A DNA stretch of 63,337 nucleotides, counting the filler, from Octopus bimaculoides (lineage: Eukaryota), in NCBI RefSeq assembly GCF_001194135.2. It is 4 parts of 4 records of this genome, joined end to end, with 100 filler letters (N's around TTAATTAATTAA, not from the genome) between each part and the next. Parts side by side here need not be neighbours in the genome. Positions count along the whole stretch, not along the records: positions 1 to 27,504 come from NC_068981.1; 3 more parts are not named here. One strand, 5' to 3'. This document shows, piece by piece, positions 1-11,884 of the stretch. The first letter of the stretch is position 1; the number at the start of each line of letters is the position of its first letter. The notes under the pieces were generated by a model, which was given only the letters and a program-made list of their open reading frames with translations, ran no database searches and was not told where the DNA came from. The position numbers and the translations under genes were made by a program.

Positions 1-240
1 AATTATTTCGTTGCAGACCTCCTTTTGGTCTTTTTATTATCACTACGACACACATAGCCCCCAGTTGGTAACATTGATTTCAAGGCCCTCCTAGATGAGA
101 GACTGGCATTCCACTTAATGTCTATGTTCCATGCTGGCATGGATTGGAGAGTTATTAATATAGAAATATGGTATCGTAGCTACTAACAGTTGAGGGTTGC
201 ATAGTCTAGACGGCGTTTTTAGATTTCATTATTCTCTTTA

Positions 241-270
241 ACCCGGGCAAAGCCGGGTATTTCTGCTAGT
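241..270 (+). mobile_element. Helitron-type 3' terminus
   Basis: GC hairpin acccgggcaaagccgggt followed 7 nt later by CTAG|t, the canonical Helitron end. Confidence 0.6.
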
Positions 271-284
271 ACATACATAAACTC

Positions 285-319
<35 letters not shown>

Positions 320-404
320 CACGTACATTATATATATAATTTATTATGAAAGGAATGAGCATGAAATAACATAAAAGAAGATTACAGAAGAGGGACAAGT
401 AGTA

Positions 405-635
405 ACAAATATTTATTTCTTTATTGCCCACAAGGGGCTAAACATAGAAGACACAAACAAGGACAGACAAAGAAATTAAGTTGATTAGATCGACTCCAGT
501 ACTCAACTGTTACTCATTTAATTGACCCCAAAAGGTTGAAAGGCAAAGTCGACCTCAGTGGAATTTGAACTCAGAACATAAAGACAGTCAAAATACCGCT
601 AAGTGTTTCACCTGGTGTACTAACGTTTCGCCACC
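405..635 (-). mobile_element. SINE family B copy
   Basis: Reverse complement of the element at 3335-3560 (gtcgactttgcctttc..aagtaccag..ttgtctgtccttgtttgtc). Confidence 0.75.
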
Positions 636-1080
636 TTTGCAGTAACAAATATTGTATTAGCTTAATGTGTATAGGAGGAAAAGCATCATGTCTTTGTAGA
701 TGCTATCTCTGATTGGAAGAGTATAGAGTAGGTGCAGGCATGGCTGTGTGTTAAGCAGTTTGCTTTATATCCACACAGTTCTGAGTTCAATCCCATTGTG
801 TGGAACTTTGGGCAGTTGTCTTTTACTATAGTATTTGGTTGACTGAAGCCTTGTGAGTAGACTTGCTAGACAGAAACTGAACGAAGCCCTTCGTGTGTGT
901 ATGTATATATATATATATATACATACACACACGAATATATATATTTAAAAGACAGAAACTGGTACTAAAATGTACTACATGATAAAATTATTTTAGCATT
1001 TTCCACCTTGTCTTATTTTCCTTACACATATAAACTCGTGTTACAATTCTAACTTCTACATATATGTATACATATATATA

Positions 1081-1284
1081 CTGGTGTGTCTGGGGAGAGT
1101 AATTTTCTTTTTGTGCCTTATAATTTAACACACTCACTGGTAAAAGAGTCAAGACTATTGAAAAGGTTACAAGACGCAACAAAAATTTTAGGAAAATAAA
1201 AATATGGAATAAGTGGAAATTTTACAGGTGAGTGTGTTAAATTATAAGGGACAAAAAGAAAATGACTTTCCCCAGACACAACAG
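1081..1284. mobile_element. MITE with ~63-bp terminal inverted repeats
   Basis: 1081-1143 (ctggtgtgtctggggagagtaattttc..ggtaaaa) is the reverse complement, with a few mismatches, of 1219-1284; TA on the left flank. Confidence 0.75.
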
Positions 1285-1327
1285 AATATGCTCACACAAA
1301 GAATCTTGCAAACCAAATCTCCAAACG

Positions 1328-1372
<45 letters not shown>

Positions 1373-1434
1373 NNNNNNNNNNNNNNNNNNNNNNNNNNNN
1401 NNNNNNNNNNNNNNNNNNNNNNNNNNNNNNNNNN

Positions 1435-1765
1435 NNNNTTAGTTGAACAAGTCGACCCCAGGACTTATTCTTTGTAAGCCTAGTATTTATTCTATCAATC
1501 TCGTTTGTTGTACCATCAAGTTACGGGAACGCATACAAACCAACATCGGTTGTCAAGCAATGGTGGGGGGGGGGACAAACATATACAGACACATACATAT
1601 ATATATATGACATGCTTCTTTCAGTTTCTGTCTACCAAATCCACTCACAAGGCTTTGGTCGGCTTGAGGCTATAGTAGAAGACACTTGCTCAAGGTGCCA
1701 TGCAGTGAGACTGAACCTGGAACCATGTGGTTGATAAGCAAGCTACTTACCACACAGTTGCTCCT
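1435..1765 (-). mobile_element. SINE family A copy
   Basis: Reverse complement of the tRNA-like head (gtggtaagtagcttgctt..gttcagtc..gcaccttgagcaagtg) plus the family tail. Confidence 0.8.
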
Positions 1766-2027
1766 GATATATATAAGCTTTGCGAAAAAGAAAAGTTAAT
1801 TAAAAATATTACTCAAAACAGGTAAACAGTGCAAAGAAGTTGCATGGAGTGTTCAAAGGATGGTGAAGATTGAGTAAAAAATAATTCTTAGGTGAAGCAC
1901 ATGTAAAGATAAGAGGAATGTGACTCATCACACCCTCAGAGAACCACCTTCCCACCTAGCTCCTAACTCCTCTTTTCTATCTCTTGCTGAAAATTCGCTT
2001 TTTCCACTCCACATATACTTTTCTCTT

Positions 2028-2064
2028 TCTTCTGATGAAGGACTAATGCTTGAAATGTTAAGAC
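2028..2064 (+). ncRNA. Decayed minimal hammerhead motif in a probable PLE 3' fragment
   Basis: TCTT-CTGATGA-AGG..CTT-GAAATGTT-AAGA. Stem I TCTT/AAGA is intact; the AACGTT palindrome is mutated to AATGTT. Confidence 0.45.
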
Positions 2065-2282
2065 TCTCCCTTCCTATTAAAGTGTTAAGCCAATAGCATA
2101 TTAGTTAAACCTAGTCTCTTCTGTGTTATCTTTTTTGTTGATTGCATTTATAACATCTGTGTGTGTGTGTACAAAAATATATGTTCATGTGTGTGTGTGT
2201 GCATGTGTGTATGAGTATATGTGTGTACATATAGATATGCATATATCTATTTATGATACATATCTATATCTATCTACCTATC

Positions 2283-2335
<53 letters not shown>

Positions 2336-3334
2336 CATAAGTTTTAGTTATGTAAGTGATAATTTGACATCCTATTTTGTTTTCGAAATATTATCTTGGA
2401 AATCAAAACCAAAGTGCTACAAACAACATTTCCAGGTATTTCACCTTAAAATTTTATAATGCAATTTAAAAGGTATGTGCTTAAAGATTTGATTTCATAA
2501 TCTAAAGGTGAAAATTTTCTGATTAGAAGCAGGTGGGTGTGATTTAAAGAAGAAAGCATTCTTAAAAGTATAACCATGTTTCAATTATGTAAAACCAGAT
2601 TGTTCAATTAACATACATTATTCTGTGAAGTTAGAATGATGGGAACATCATAATTCAGGATGCTATGATCTCATAAGCCTATCAGTCGCACAATCAAATA
2701 TAAAGGTTTAAAACTGAATCTCAGATACATAGATATATAAACAACACCAACGAGCCTTATTGAATATTATCAATAATATTCAACCCATCAATAAATATTC
2801 TGAGTTGATAAAATATTCCTGGTGTACCACAGTATAAATCTTAATGCAGTCAATTTTGCCTTTCATCTCTTGAGATAAAAATGAGTTTTTATTTCTTGCA
2901 GGAGTATGTGATATTTATAACAAAAGAAAAAGGGAAAAGCAAAATCCTAAAAATAATATGAAATCACTAAAGTAATGTATATATATATTTATATATATAT
3001 ATATATATATATTTTGGCCTGTTCACAACTGGTACTTATTTTATCAACCCTGAAAGGATGAAAGGCGAAGTCGACCTCAGCAGAATTTCATCTCAGAATG
3101 TTAAGACAAGCAAAATGCTGCTCAACATTTCGCCGGACGAGCTAACATTTCTGTCAGCTCCTCTTATATATCCTCCTCATCATCATCATCTAATATTTAT
3201 TGTCGATGCTGGTGTGGGTAGGATGGTTTGACAAGGGCTGGAAAGCTGCACCAGACTCAATGAGTATGTGTGTGTGTGTGTGTGTGTGTGTGTAAACACA
3301 CACACACACACACACACACACATATGTATATCAG

Positions 3335-3560
3335 TGGCAGGCTGGCAGAAACGTTAGCACTCCAGGCGAAATGCTTACTGGTATTTCATCCATCTTTATG
3401 CTCTCAGTTCAAATTCTGCCGAGGTTGACTTTGCCTTTCGTCCTTTCGGGGTCGATTAAATAAGTACCAGTTACGCACTGGAGTCGATATAATCGACTCA
3501 ATCCGTTTGTCTGTCCTTGTTTGTCCCCTCTGTGTGTAGCCCCTTGTACGTAGTAAAGAG
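3335..3560 (+). mobile_element. SINE family B copy
   Basis: gctggcagaaacgttagcac head and cagttcaaattc B-box-like motif. Multiple copies in the window (also ~3020-3165, 6385-6585, 6612-6830, 11705-11860, 59085-59240). Confidence 0.8.
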
Positions 3561-4909
3561 ATAACACACATATGTATATCAGTAGCTAAGTACAATCCAG
3601 AGATCCAAAAGTAGGAAGTTAGTAAGCTTCAAGCAATAAGTAGTTAGTACAGAGAACAAAAAACGGACAGCATAGGATGAAATAAATATTCATTAACATT
3701 GTAAGTTACACACTATTGCTCATATCGAAATCGAGAGAAATTTTGATAAGCTGATATTTTTCTATACATTTCATGAATTACCACAACTAATGCTGCTAAG
3801 AATGCAAATGAAAATCCAAAATTTAGAAGGAGTGGAACAGATTGAATATTGACTACAATCGTTTCATAACTTGCTGAAGTCCATTATGCAGCAAACACTC
3901 CTCGGCATAGCTAATCTTTAGGTGAAGTCACCTCCACAAAGTTTATATTGTCACAGGAAGTAAACAAAAAAATGTGTGCGTGTGTGCGTGTATTTACATT
4001 TATATTTGTATACATATATGCTTGTGTGTTGGTGTATATGATTTATACACATTTTGTGGTAGTGAGTATCCACTTGATTTTCTATTCTGAAGTAGACGTG
4101 TGTGTGTGTGTGTGTATGGGTGCACACATGTGTGTATACATGTGTACTTGTTTCCTCTGTTCTAATGGGACCAGCTTTGTAATTTATATCACAACCTTTG
4201 CCCTACTATCAATGCCTTCCAAAATCTCATTCAATTTCAAAGAATAAATCTTTCGTGGTTACCTCCATCTGTCTGTTTTACATCTGATTAAGAGTTCTGC
4301 TGCTCCTTACATACCCCACTTTTCCATTACTGATGGCATTTTTTTCTTTCTTCTTTCTTTTTCTTTTCTTTCCACTCTATGACTACCAAACTAAACCACA
4401 CCCACTTTATGCCTATTTTGGCCATCCCCCTTACGTTAACATCTCCATTGGTCATCTTATCTTATCCTATTTTATTTTGTCATGTTTTCCTTTCCATTCT
4501 GTTCGACCAGATGTAAACATCAATGAAGTGACTTGGCCTAGCTATGCTGAGGAGCGTTCATGTCTGTCACGCCCAGCAGCCCTTGAGTTTACTGCTTCTC
4601 CACCCTGGACCCTCAAGCCTAAACAGAGGCATACACAGCAGGCACAGAAGTGCCAATCTCATAAAAGTGGTGCCTAGTATGGACTCTCTCCTTGAGGATC
4701 TGAAGACAAAGAAGACAAAGAAAGCCATGACAAAAAATAAGTGGTGAAAGCTGATGCAAGGAGGTTACGCCTCATGCCAAACATGACAAAGGACCACAGC
4801 AAATAGTGAGATGGTGTGCTGCGGAAAGCCTATCCAAACTGTACTAGTGTATAAAAACAGACATAAAATGATGATGATGATGATAAAATATATGAGTGTA
4901 TGCATGCAC

Positions 4910-5069
4910 CAGAGTAGCTGTGTGGTAAGTAGCTTGCTTACCAACCACATGGTTCCAGGTTCAGTCCCACTGCGTGGCACCTTGGGCAAGTGTCTTCTAC
5001 TATAGCCTCGGGGTGACCAAAGTTTTGTCAGTGGATTTGGTAGACGGAAACTGAAAGAAGCCTGTCATA

Positions 5070-5101
<32 letters not shown>

Positions 5102-5846
5102 CATATATATATGTACATATATATATGTACATATATATATGTACATATATATATGTATATATATATATGTACATATATATATGTATATATATATATGTAC
5201 ATATATATATGTANNNNNNNNNNNNNNNNNNNNNNNNNNNNNNNNNNNNNNNNNNNNNNNNNNNNNNNNNNNNNNNNNNNNNNNNNNNNNNNNNNNNNNN
5301 NNNNNNNNNNNNNNNNNNNNNNNNNNNNNNNNNNNNNNNNNNNNNNNNNNNNNNNNNNNNNNNNNNNNNNNNNNNNNNNNNNNNNNNNNNNNNNNNNNNN
5401 NNNNNNNNNNNNNNNNNNNNNNNNNNNNNNNNNNNNNNNNNNNNNNNNNNNNNNNNNNNNNNNNNNNNNNNNNNNNNNNNNNNNNNNNNNNNNNNNNNNN
5501 NNNNNNNNNNNNNNNNNNNNNNNNNNNNNNNNNNNNNNNNNNNNNNNNNNNNNNNNNNNNNNNNNNNNNNNNNNNNNNNNNNNNNNNNNNNNNNNNNNNN
5601 NNNNNTATATATATGTATATATATATATGTATATATATATATGTACATGTATGTGTGTTTGTCCCCCCCACCATCGCTTGACAACCGATGCTGGTGTGTT
5701 TACGTTACCGTAACTTAACGGTTCGGCAAAAAGAGACTGATAGAATAAGCACTAGGCTTACAAAGAATAAGTCCTGGGGTCGATTTGCTCGACTAAAGGC
5801 GGTGCTCCAGCATGGCCGCAGTCAAATGACTGAAACAAGTAAAGAG
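4910..5846 (+). mobile_element. SINE family A copy with expanded internal TA-rich minisatellite spanning an N gap
   Basis: Head gtggtaagtagcttgcttaccaaccacatggttccaggttcagtccc; tail gtcaaatgactgaaacaagtaaag; internal atgtacatatatat repeats. Confidence 0.8.
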
Positions 5847-5994
5847 TATGCATATGTGAGTGTGAATAGATTCTTATTTGTAATATAATAGAATATTTGC
5901 TGAAAAAGTATGGAATAAAATTCTGAGGGCAAAACTATAGTGAGCAGAATAAAGCAAGTCATGGTCTGCTTAGAATACTTTTCTTTTAGCCTAG

Positions 5995-6322
5995 TAAAGA
6001 CCCTCTTCGGTCATGAATGACCATGAGATTACACCTAGAAAGTTCCATTCCTAGAAACAAGTCTGGGCAAGGTTGTTTAATGGAAGACCAGCAGCTGCCC
6101 ATGCATATCATCCTTCCCTCTCCATGCCACTGATGTTATTCAAGAGAAAGGCAAAGATTGATACAGCTTGGCACCAGTGGCATCCCAACTTATTTCTACA
6201 GCTGAGTGAACTGGGGCAATGTGAAATATAGCATCTTGCTCAAGAACACAACACACAACCCAGTTCAAGACTTGAACTCACTACTTCATGATCACAAGCT
6301 CAATGCTCTAACCACTGAGCCT
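5995..6322 (-). mobile_element. tRNA-derived SINE (family D)
   Basis: Minus-strand head ggctcagtggttagagc..gagttcaagtc with A/B-box-like motifs, followed by gttcttgagcaag. Confidence 0.6.
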
Positions 6323-7174
6323 GAAGTAAATGCAAATAATGATGATGACTGTATATCTTGTGGAGACAGCAATTAGAGCAATAATAACGGTTCCAAATTT
6401 TGGGGGAGGGGTAAGTCAATTATATTGACCCCCGGTGTTCAACTGGTACTTATTTTGACCCTGGAAGGATGAAAGGCAAAAATCAACCTTGGCAGAATTT
6501 GAACTCAGAATGTAAAGATGAACAAAATGCTGATAAGCATTCTTCCCAGCATTTTAACAATTCTGTCAGCTCACCATCCTTATGAGAACAGTAGTAATCT
6601 TTTCTACTGTAGACACAAGGCCTGAAATTTTTGGGGAGAGTGTTAATTGATTACATCGATCCCAGTGCTCAACTGGGGCCAATGTAATCTATTGACCCTG
6701 CAAAGATAATCGACCTGTAATTTACCCTGCAAAGATAAAAGGCAGAGTCGACCATAGTGGAATTTGAACTCAGATGCCACTAAGCATTTTGCCCGGCATG
6801 CTAATGATTTTGCCAGCTTGCCACCCTTATGAGCACACCAATGATAATACTGGCCATAGTTGTCATTATTGCTGGATCAGCTTTGAACTGACACCTGCAT
6901 ATGGTCAAAAATGTGTAACCATGGTCAGTCCTCTGCTTTTCTTTTGGAAAATAATGTGTATATAATTACATTATCTATGCTTATAGTAAAGTATCTAGCA
7001 TTACATTCTCCAATGTGTTCATTCTTTTTTCTTTTTAAGACAATAGAGTGGGATTTGAAGAAGATTTATATTTATTGGTGGTTTTTGTCAAGTGGAGTTT
7101 GGTGAAGACTTTATGCCAGCATAGAAAAAGCACAAGGATGTACATTAAGACTGAGGTTGCAGAGTATAAAATTC

Positions 7175-7410
7175 AATGAAGAAGAAGACGAAGAAAAGAA
7201 AGAAGAAAGAAGAGGGGAAGAATAAGGAAAAAAGGAAGAGGAGGGAAATGGAGGAGGAGAAGAAGAAGAAAAAAAGAGATGAAAGAAGAGGGGAGGAATA
7301 AGGAAAAGGAAGAGGAGGGAAAAGGAGGAGGAGAAGAAGATAGAGAAGAAAAAGTGCAATGATGATGATGATGAAGATGCAGAGGAAGAGGAGAAGGAAG
7401 AGGATAATGG
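7175..7410. repeat. Purine-rich (GAA/GGA/GAT)n low-complexity tract
   Basis: Visible directly in the sequence. Confidence 0.85.
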
Positions 7411-9619
7411 TTACGGTTAGGAAATCTGGTCTGAAGCCATATTACCTTACAGAACAAGCTTTTTGGGGGAAATGATGCCTTCCACCAGTTACAATTTAGA
7501 CACATGACTATTATCACAAGTGAATGAAGTTATATTACTTATAAATTGACCAAACTTAGTTAAAGAATCAATTGAAAATTTGAAAACAATCTGAAAAAGT
7601 AGAAAATTTTTCAAAATGTTCAAACTAATATTTTGAAGATTTTAAAGAAAAATTCTCAAAATTAGATGATATGAATAAAAAGGCAAAAATCTTTTAAGGA
7701 TGGTATACTTCAATAAAATGATAATTCTTTTATATACATTTAAAAAAAGAAGTTTCTTACTTGTGTGATTATTTTTAGTTTACGCACACAAAACAAAAAT
7801 AAACGGTACAAAACTCATTTTTAATTCATTGTTTTTGTTCTAGAAAATCATATTTTTAATTCTGTTTTGAGAATACAAAATCAATTTAAAAAGAACAGAA
7901 AGCAACGAAGGAAGGAAAAACAAATTCATATGAACAACATCAACAATATCAGCAAAATCAACAACAACAACAACCAAAACAACATCATCACCATCATTAT
8001 CATCATAATCATCTTCATCATCATCAGTTGCAGCAGCATCAAAAGCAACAAATAAAAGACATACCACTTACCTTAATTTTATCTAGAAGTAAATTCCAAA
8101 ACAAAATTCATAAAATAATTTTAAATATTAATTTTGTTTTTCAATGTTTTAAAATATCAAAAACCCATGAGCATAAAAGATAAAATGAGAAAAATTAATT
8201 TACTTGCTGATTAAAAAGGAGAAGATCTGAAAGATTAAATTAAAATCTATTTACTTATTTTTAATCTTACAGTGGAGAATGAAAGAATGAACCTGTAGCT
8301 GTTTTAGAGTCCTGAGAAAACAACTATCGTGTTTGTTGAAAATAATTTCCAATTCAGCTGAAGATCATAAAAGGTGAAATACATTTCTTTCTTAGTTTGG
8401 TATGTATGATCATACATTTCTATTTATAACATATGCTGATGGCCACATAGAATCTGTATTCATTTCACAGTTCAAAACATTTCACCTTCATTTATGTGAG
8501 TTTATGTTTTTCAAACAAACAGCATGAATGTTATGAAATCTCATTACAGCTCTTGCTGAAATCTAGGTATTTGTACCTAGATATTGCTAATTAATTTCAG
8601 GTGTGACAGTGTGGTTAACAAGTTTGCTTCCTGACCACAAGTCTTTGGGTTTATTCCCACTGTATGGTACCTTGGGTGAGTTCTTCAACAATAATTTTGG
8701 GCTGACCAAAGACTTGAGAGTGGATTTGGTAGATGGAAACTGAAAAAAAATCTATTGCATTTATGTGCGTGTGTATGTATATATATATATATATGTTATA
8801 TATGTATGTATGAGTTTGTGTTTGTGCGTGTGTGTGTGTCTGCACGTATGTGTATGTACATGGGTGTATGTAAGTGTTTGCGTCCCCTTGACTTGATAGC
8901 ATGTGATAGTTATAAATTAGCATCACTATCATACAGGTGGGGTCTTTCATTTCCAATCTTCTGTGAAGACATGTCTGGCCAGAGGGAAATATTACCTTAC
9001 TCATAAATGAGAGTTGGTGAGAGAAAGGTATCCAGACATGGGAAATCTGCCTCAGGTGAATTCTGTCCAACCCATGCAAGCATAGAAAAGTGGATGTTAG
9101 AAGAATTTTGATGATGATGATGCTTTCCTCCAGTTATCTGTTCCTAAAGATTCCATTTTGTTAGACTATAACCTAGATTTTTATTATTTTCCACTTTCAT
9201 CACCATTTTAAAAATTTATTTTCCAAATCTGAATTTCATCCCAAATTTTTTATCGATCCTGTGCACTTTTATAAGAGAATTTTTAAACTGTCTATCATTT
9301 GCATCATACAGCCTGAGGACTCCTATAATGTTCATATCTGTATTGAATATATTTGAGCATTTTTACTTAAAGTTGTTCATACAAAGCAAAGAAAGGCAAA
9401 AAAGGGAATACATTTGAAATATTTTCATTCCCAAAAAGATGGATTTTGTTTTTATAATTGTCTCTTTTGTTTGGCTTTTGTTAAGTTTTACAATTTATTC
9501 ATGGCATTATTACTGCTTCTTATCCTTCATAGGTGGTATTCCACAAACTGCATATTTGTCCCCCAAATTTGTCTTGTGTGTTATATTTTTAATCTTTCTT
9601 CATATGTTGCATTACATTA

Positions 9620-9620
<1 letters not shown>

Positions 9621-9686
<66 letters not shown>
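9621..9686. repeat. (TA)n microsatellite abutting the foldback element
   Basis: Visible directly. Many other (TA)n, (CA)n, (GA)n, (AAT)n and (GAT)n tracts occur across the window. Confidence 0.95.
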
Positions 9687-9690
<4 letters not shown>

Positions 9691-9881
9691 TAATTTAGAG
9701 AAGAACCACCATGGTGCAACTCACACGAAGAAGGAGATCAGACACCATCAAGAGAAGTGTACTATACAGAATTAGTTTCAAAATTAAAAAAATCCAAGGG
9801 AGAATTTATAATACATAAAATCTATGAAATATTGGACTAAGAATTAAAATCGGTTACGTTTAAGAAACGAAAGTGGGAGAA

Positions 9882-9987
9882 AGACTACGTGCGTTTCATG
9901 TCCACATAACAGTGGAAAATATCTAGTCAATCTACAATGAATCGTACAAGATAAATACCACCCAATATGAGGATACTCTTCAGGTCC
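9882..9987 (-). ncRNA. Hammerhead-ribozyme motif with extended stem II (left arm)
   Basis: GGAC-CTGAAGA-GTATCC..~70 nt..GGACAT-GAAAC-GCAC-GTA/GTCT; one mismatch in stem II. Confidence 0.65.
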
Positions 9988-10310
9988 GGTAACTTCAAAA
10001 AACGTATCTTAAATTTAAAAATGCATAAAATAAGAAAAGCATAAAAATCTGTCCGTTTAAGCAACATTTAGTACAAAGGAAATCGTCAAAGGTTTTATAA
10101 TAAAACACATCAAATAGCAATAAATATCTGTCAAATTTAAGGCATAAAACGTCAATTGGGGAGATAATATCTGTAGATAAGGAAAAGGAAACATATATAA
10201 CAAAAGTGTGATTAGTTAGTAAAGGGAAAAAAAGCCACTTCAATTCCCTTAACGAGGAAACTTGGTTGACTGAGGTACTATCCAAAGCAAAGAAATATAT
10301 ACTATGTGTA

Positions 10311-10380
10311 TCACGTGACAAAATGGCGCCCACCACGTGATCACAAATGTCAAACTGACGTTTAGAACTAAAACACGTGG
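10311..10380. promoter_or_regulatory. Promoter-like motif cluster in the foldback spacer
   Basis: CACGTG at 10312, 10334 and 10374; AAAATGGCG (YY1-like) at 10320; TGACGT at 10356; CpG-rich against the AT-rich background. Confidence 0.35.
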
Positions 10381-10667
10381 GATACGAGACAGCATGGTAT
10401 GGAAGGAGAAAAGGGAAGAAAAACTAAGAAGAAATGATGATAAGGTAACTTTCGTTATATATGTTTCCTTTTCCTTATCTACAGATATTATCTCCCCAAT
10501 TGAGGTTTTAAGCCTTAAATTTGACAGATATTTATTGCTATTTGATGTGTTTTATTATAAAACCTTTGACAATTTCCTTTGTACTAAATGTTGCTTAAAC
10601 GGACAGATTTTTATGCTTTTCTTATTTTATGCATTTTTAAATTTAAGATACGTCTTTTGAAGTTACC

Positions 10668-10773
10668 GGACCTGAAGAGTGTCCTCAGATTGGGTGGTAT
10701 CTATCTTGTACGATTCATTGTAGATTGACCAGATATTTCCCACTGTTATGTGGCCATGAAACGCACGTAGTCT
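10668..10773 (+). ncRNA. Hammerhead-ribozyme motif with extended stem II (right arm)
   Basis: GGAC-CTGAAGA-GTGTCC..~70 nt..GGCCAT-GAAAC-GCAC-GTA/GTCT; predicted cleavage after 10769; a different single mismatch in stem II. Confidence 0.65.
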
Positions 10774-11514
10774 TTCTCCCACTTTCGTTTCTTAAACGTA
10801 ACCGATTTTAATTCTTAGTCCAATATTTCATAGATTTTATGTATTATAAATTCTCCCTTGGATTTTTTAGATTTTAAAACTAGTATTTCATAGTAAACTT
10901 TTCTTGATGTTGCCTAATCTTCTTCTTCGTGCGAGTTGCACCATGGTGGTTCTTTAAATTATTAAAATATTTTTCAATATACTACTCAATTTGATATTAT
11001 CAAATTGTANNNNNNNNNNNNNNNNNNNNNNNNNNNNNNNNNNNNNNNNNNNNNNNNNNNNNNNNNNNNNNNNNNNNNNNNNNNNNNNNNNNNNNNNNNN
11101 NNNNNNNNNNNNNNNNNNNNNNNNNNNNNNNNNNNNNNNNNNNNNNNNNNNNNNNNNNNNNNNNNNNNNNNNNNNNNNNNNNNNNNNNNNNNNNNNNNNN
11201 NNNNNNNNNNNNNNNNNNNNNNNNNNNNNNNNNNNNNNNNNNNNNNNNNNNNNNNNNNNNNNNNNNNNNNNNNNNNNNNNNNNNNNNNNNNNNNNNNNNN
11301 NNNNNNNNNNNNNNNNNNNNNNNNNNNNNNNNNNNNNNNNNNNNNNNNNNNNNNNNNNNNNNNNNNNNNNNNNNNNNNNNNNNNNNNNNNNNNNNNNNNN
11401 NNNNNNNNNNNNNNNNNNNNNNNNNNNNNNNNNNNNNNNNNNNNNNNNNNNNNNNNNNNNNNNNNNNNNNNNNNNNNNNNNNNNNNNNNNNNNNNNNNNN
11501 NNNNNNNNNNNNNN

Positions 11515-11700
11515 NATAAAAGGCACCCACTACACTCTTGGAGTGGTTGGTGTTAGGAAGGGCATCTAGCTCTAGAAACACTACCAGATCAGATTGGAGC
11601 CTGGTGCAGCTTCCTGGCTTCCTGGACCCCAGTCGAACCGTCCAACTCATGCCAGCATAGAAAACGGATGTTAAACGATGATGATGATGATGATGATATA
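11515..11700 (+). mobile_element. RTE LINE 3' tail
   Basis: ggcacccactacactcttggagtggttgg..gttaaacgatgatgatg; same tail as the long RTE copies. Confidence 0.8.
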
Positions 11701-11884
11701 GTGATGAGCTAGCAAAATCATTAGCATGTTGGTCAAAATGCTTAGGGTTTTGTCTGTACATTCTGAGTTCAGATTCCTCTGATGTCAACCTTGCTTTTCA
11801 TCCTTTCAAGGTTGATGAAATAAGTACCAGTTCAGCACTGGGTCAATGTAATCAACTAGATCCCTTACTTAAAAACTTCAGATC

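Larger units (their letters stand above)
9687..10965. mobile_element. ~1.28-kb foldback element: arms ~9687-10207 and ~10448-10965 are inverted copies around a ~240-bp spacer; probably PLE-derived
   Basis: Arms are reverse complements by eye (aagaaccaccatggtgcaac / gttgcaccatggtggttctt), and the ORF track shows the same peptide on both strands. Each arm carries a hammerhead motif. Confidence 0.85.

Noticed and set aside
5000-5718. Long ORFs spanning N gaps (here and at 11.0, 22.2, 33.4, 34.9, 53.8 and 61.6 kb)
   Set aside because: They are open only because of N runs and TA/CA microsatellites.
7867-8067. Poly-Q/H/N-like reading frames
   Set aside because: Degenerate (CAA/CAT)n microsatellite with stops upstream and no convincing splice context.
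9995-10660. Twin 113/107-aa ORFs on opposite strands
   Set aside because: These result from the inverted repeat in AT-rich sequence; no protein motif is recognisable.
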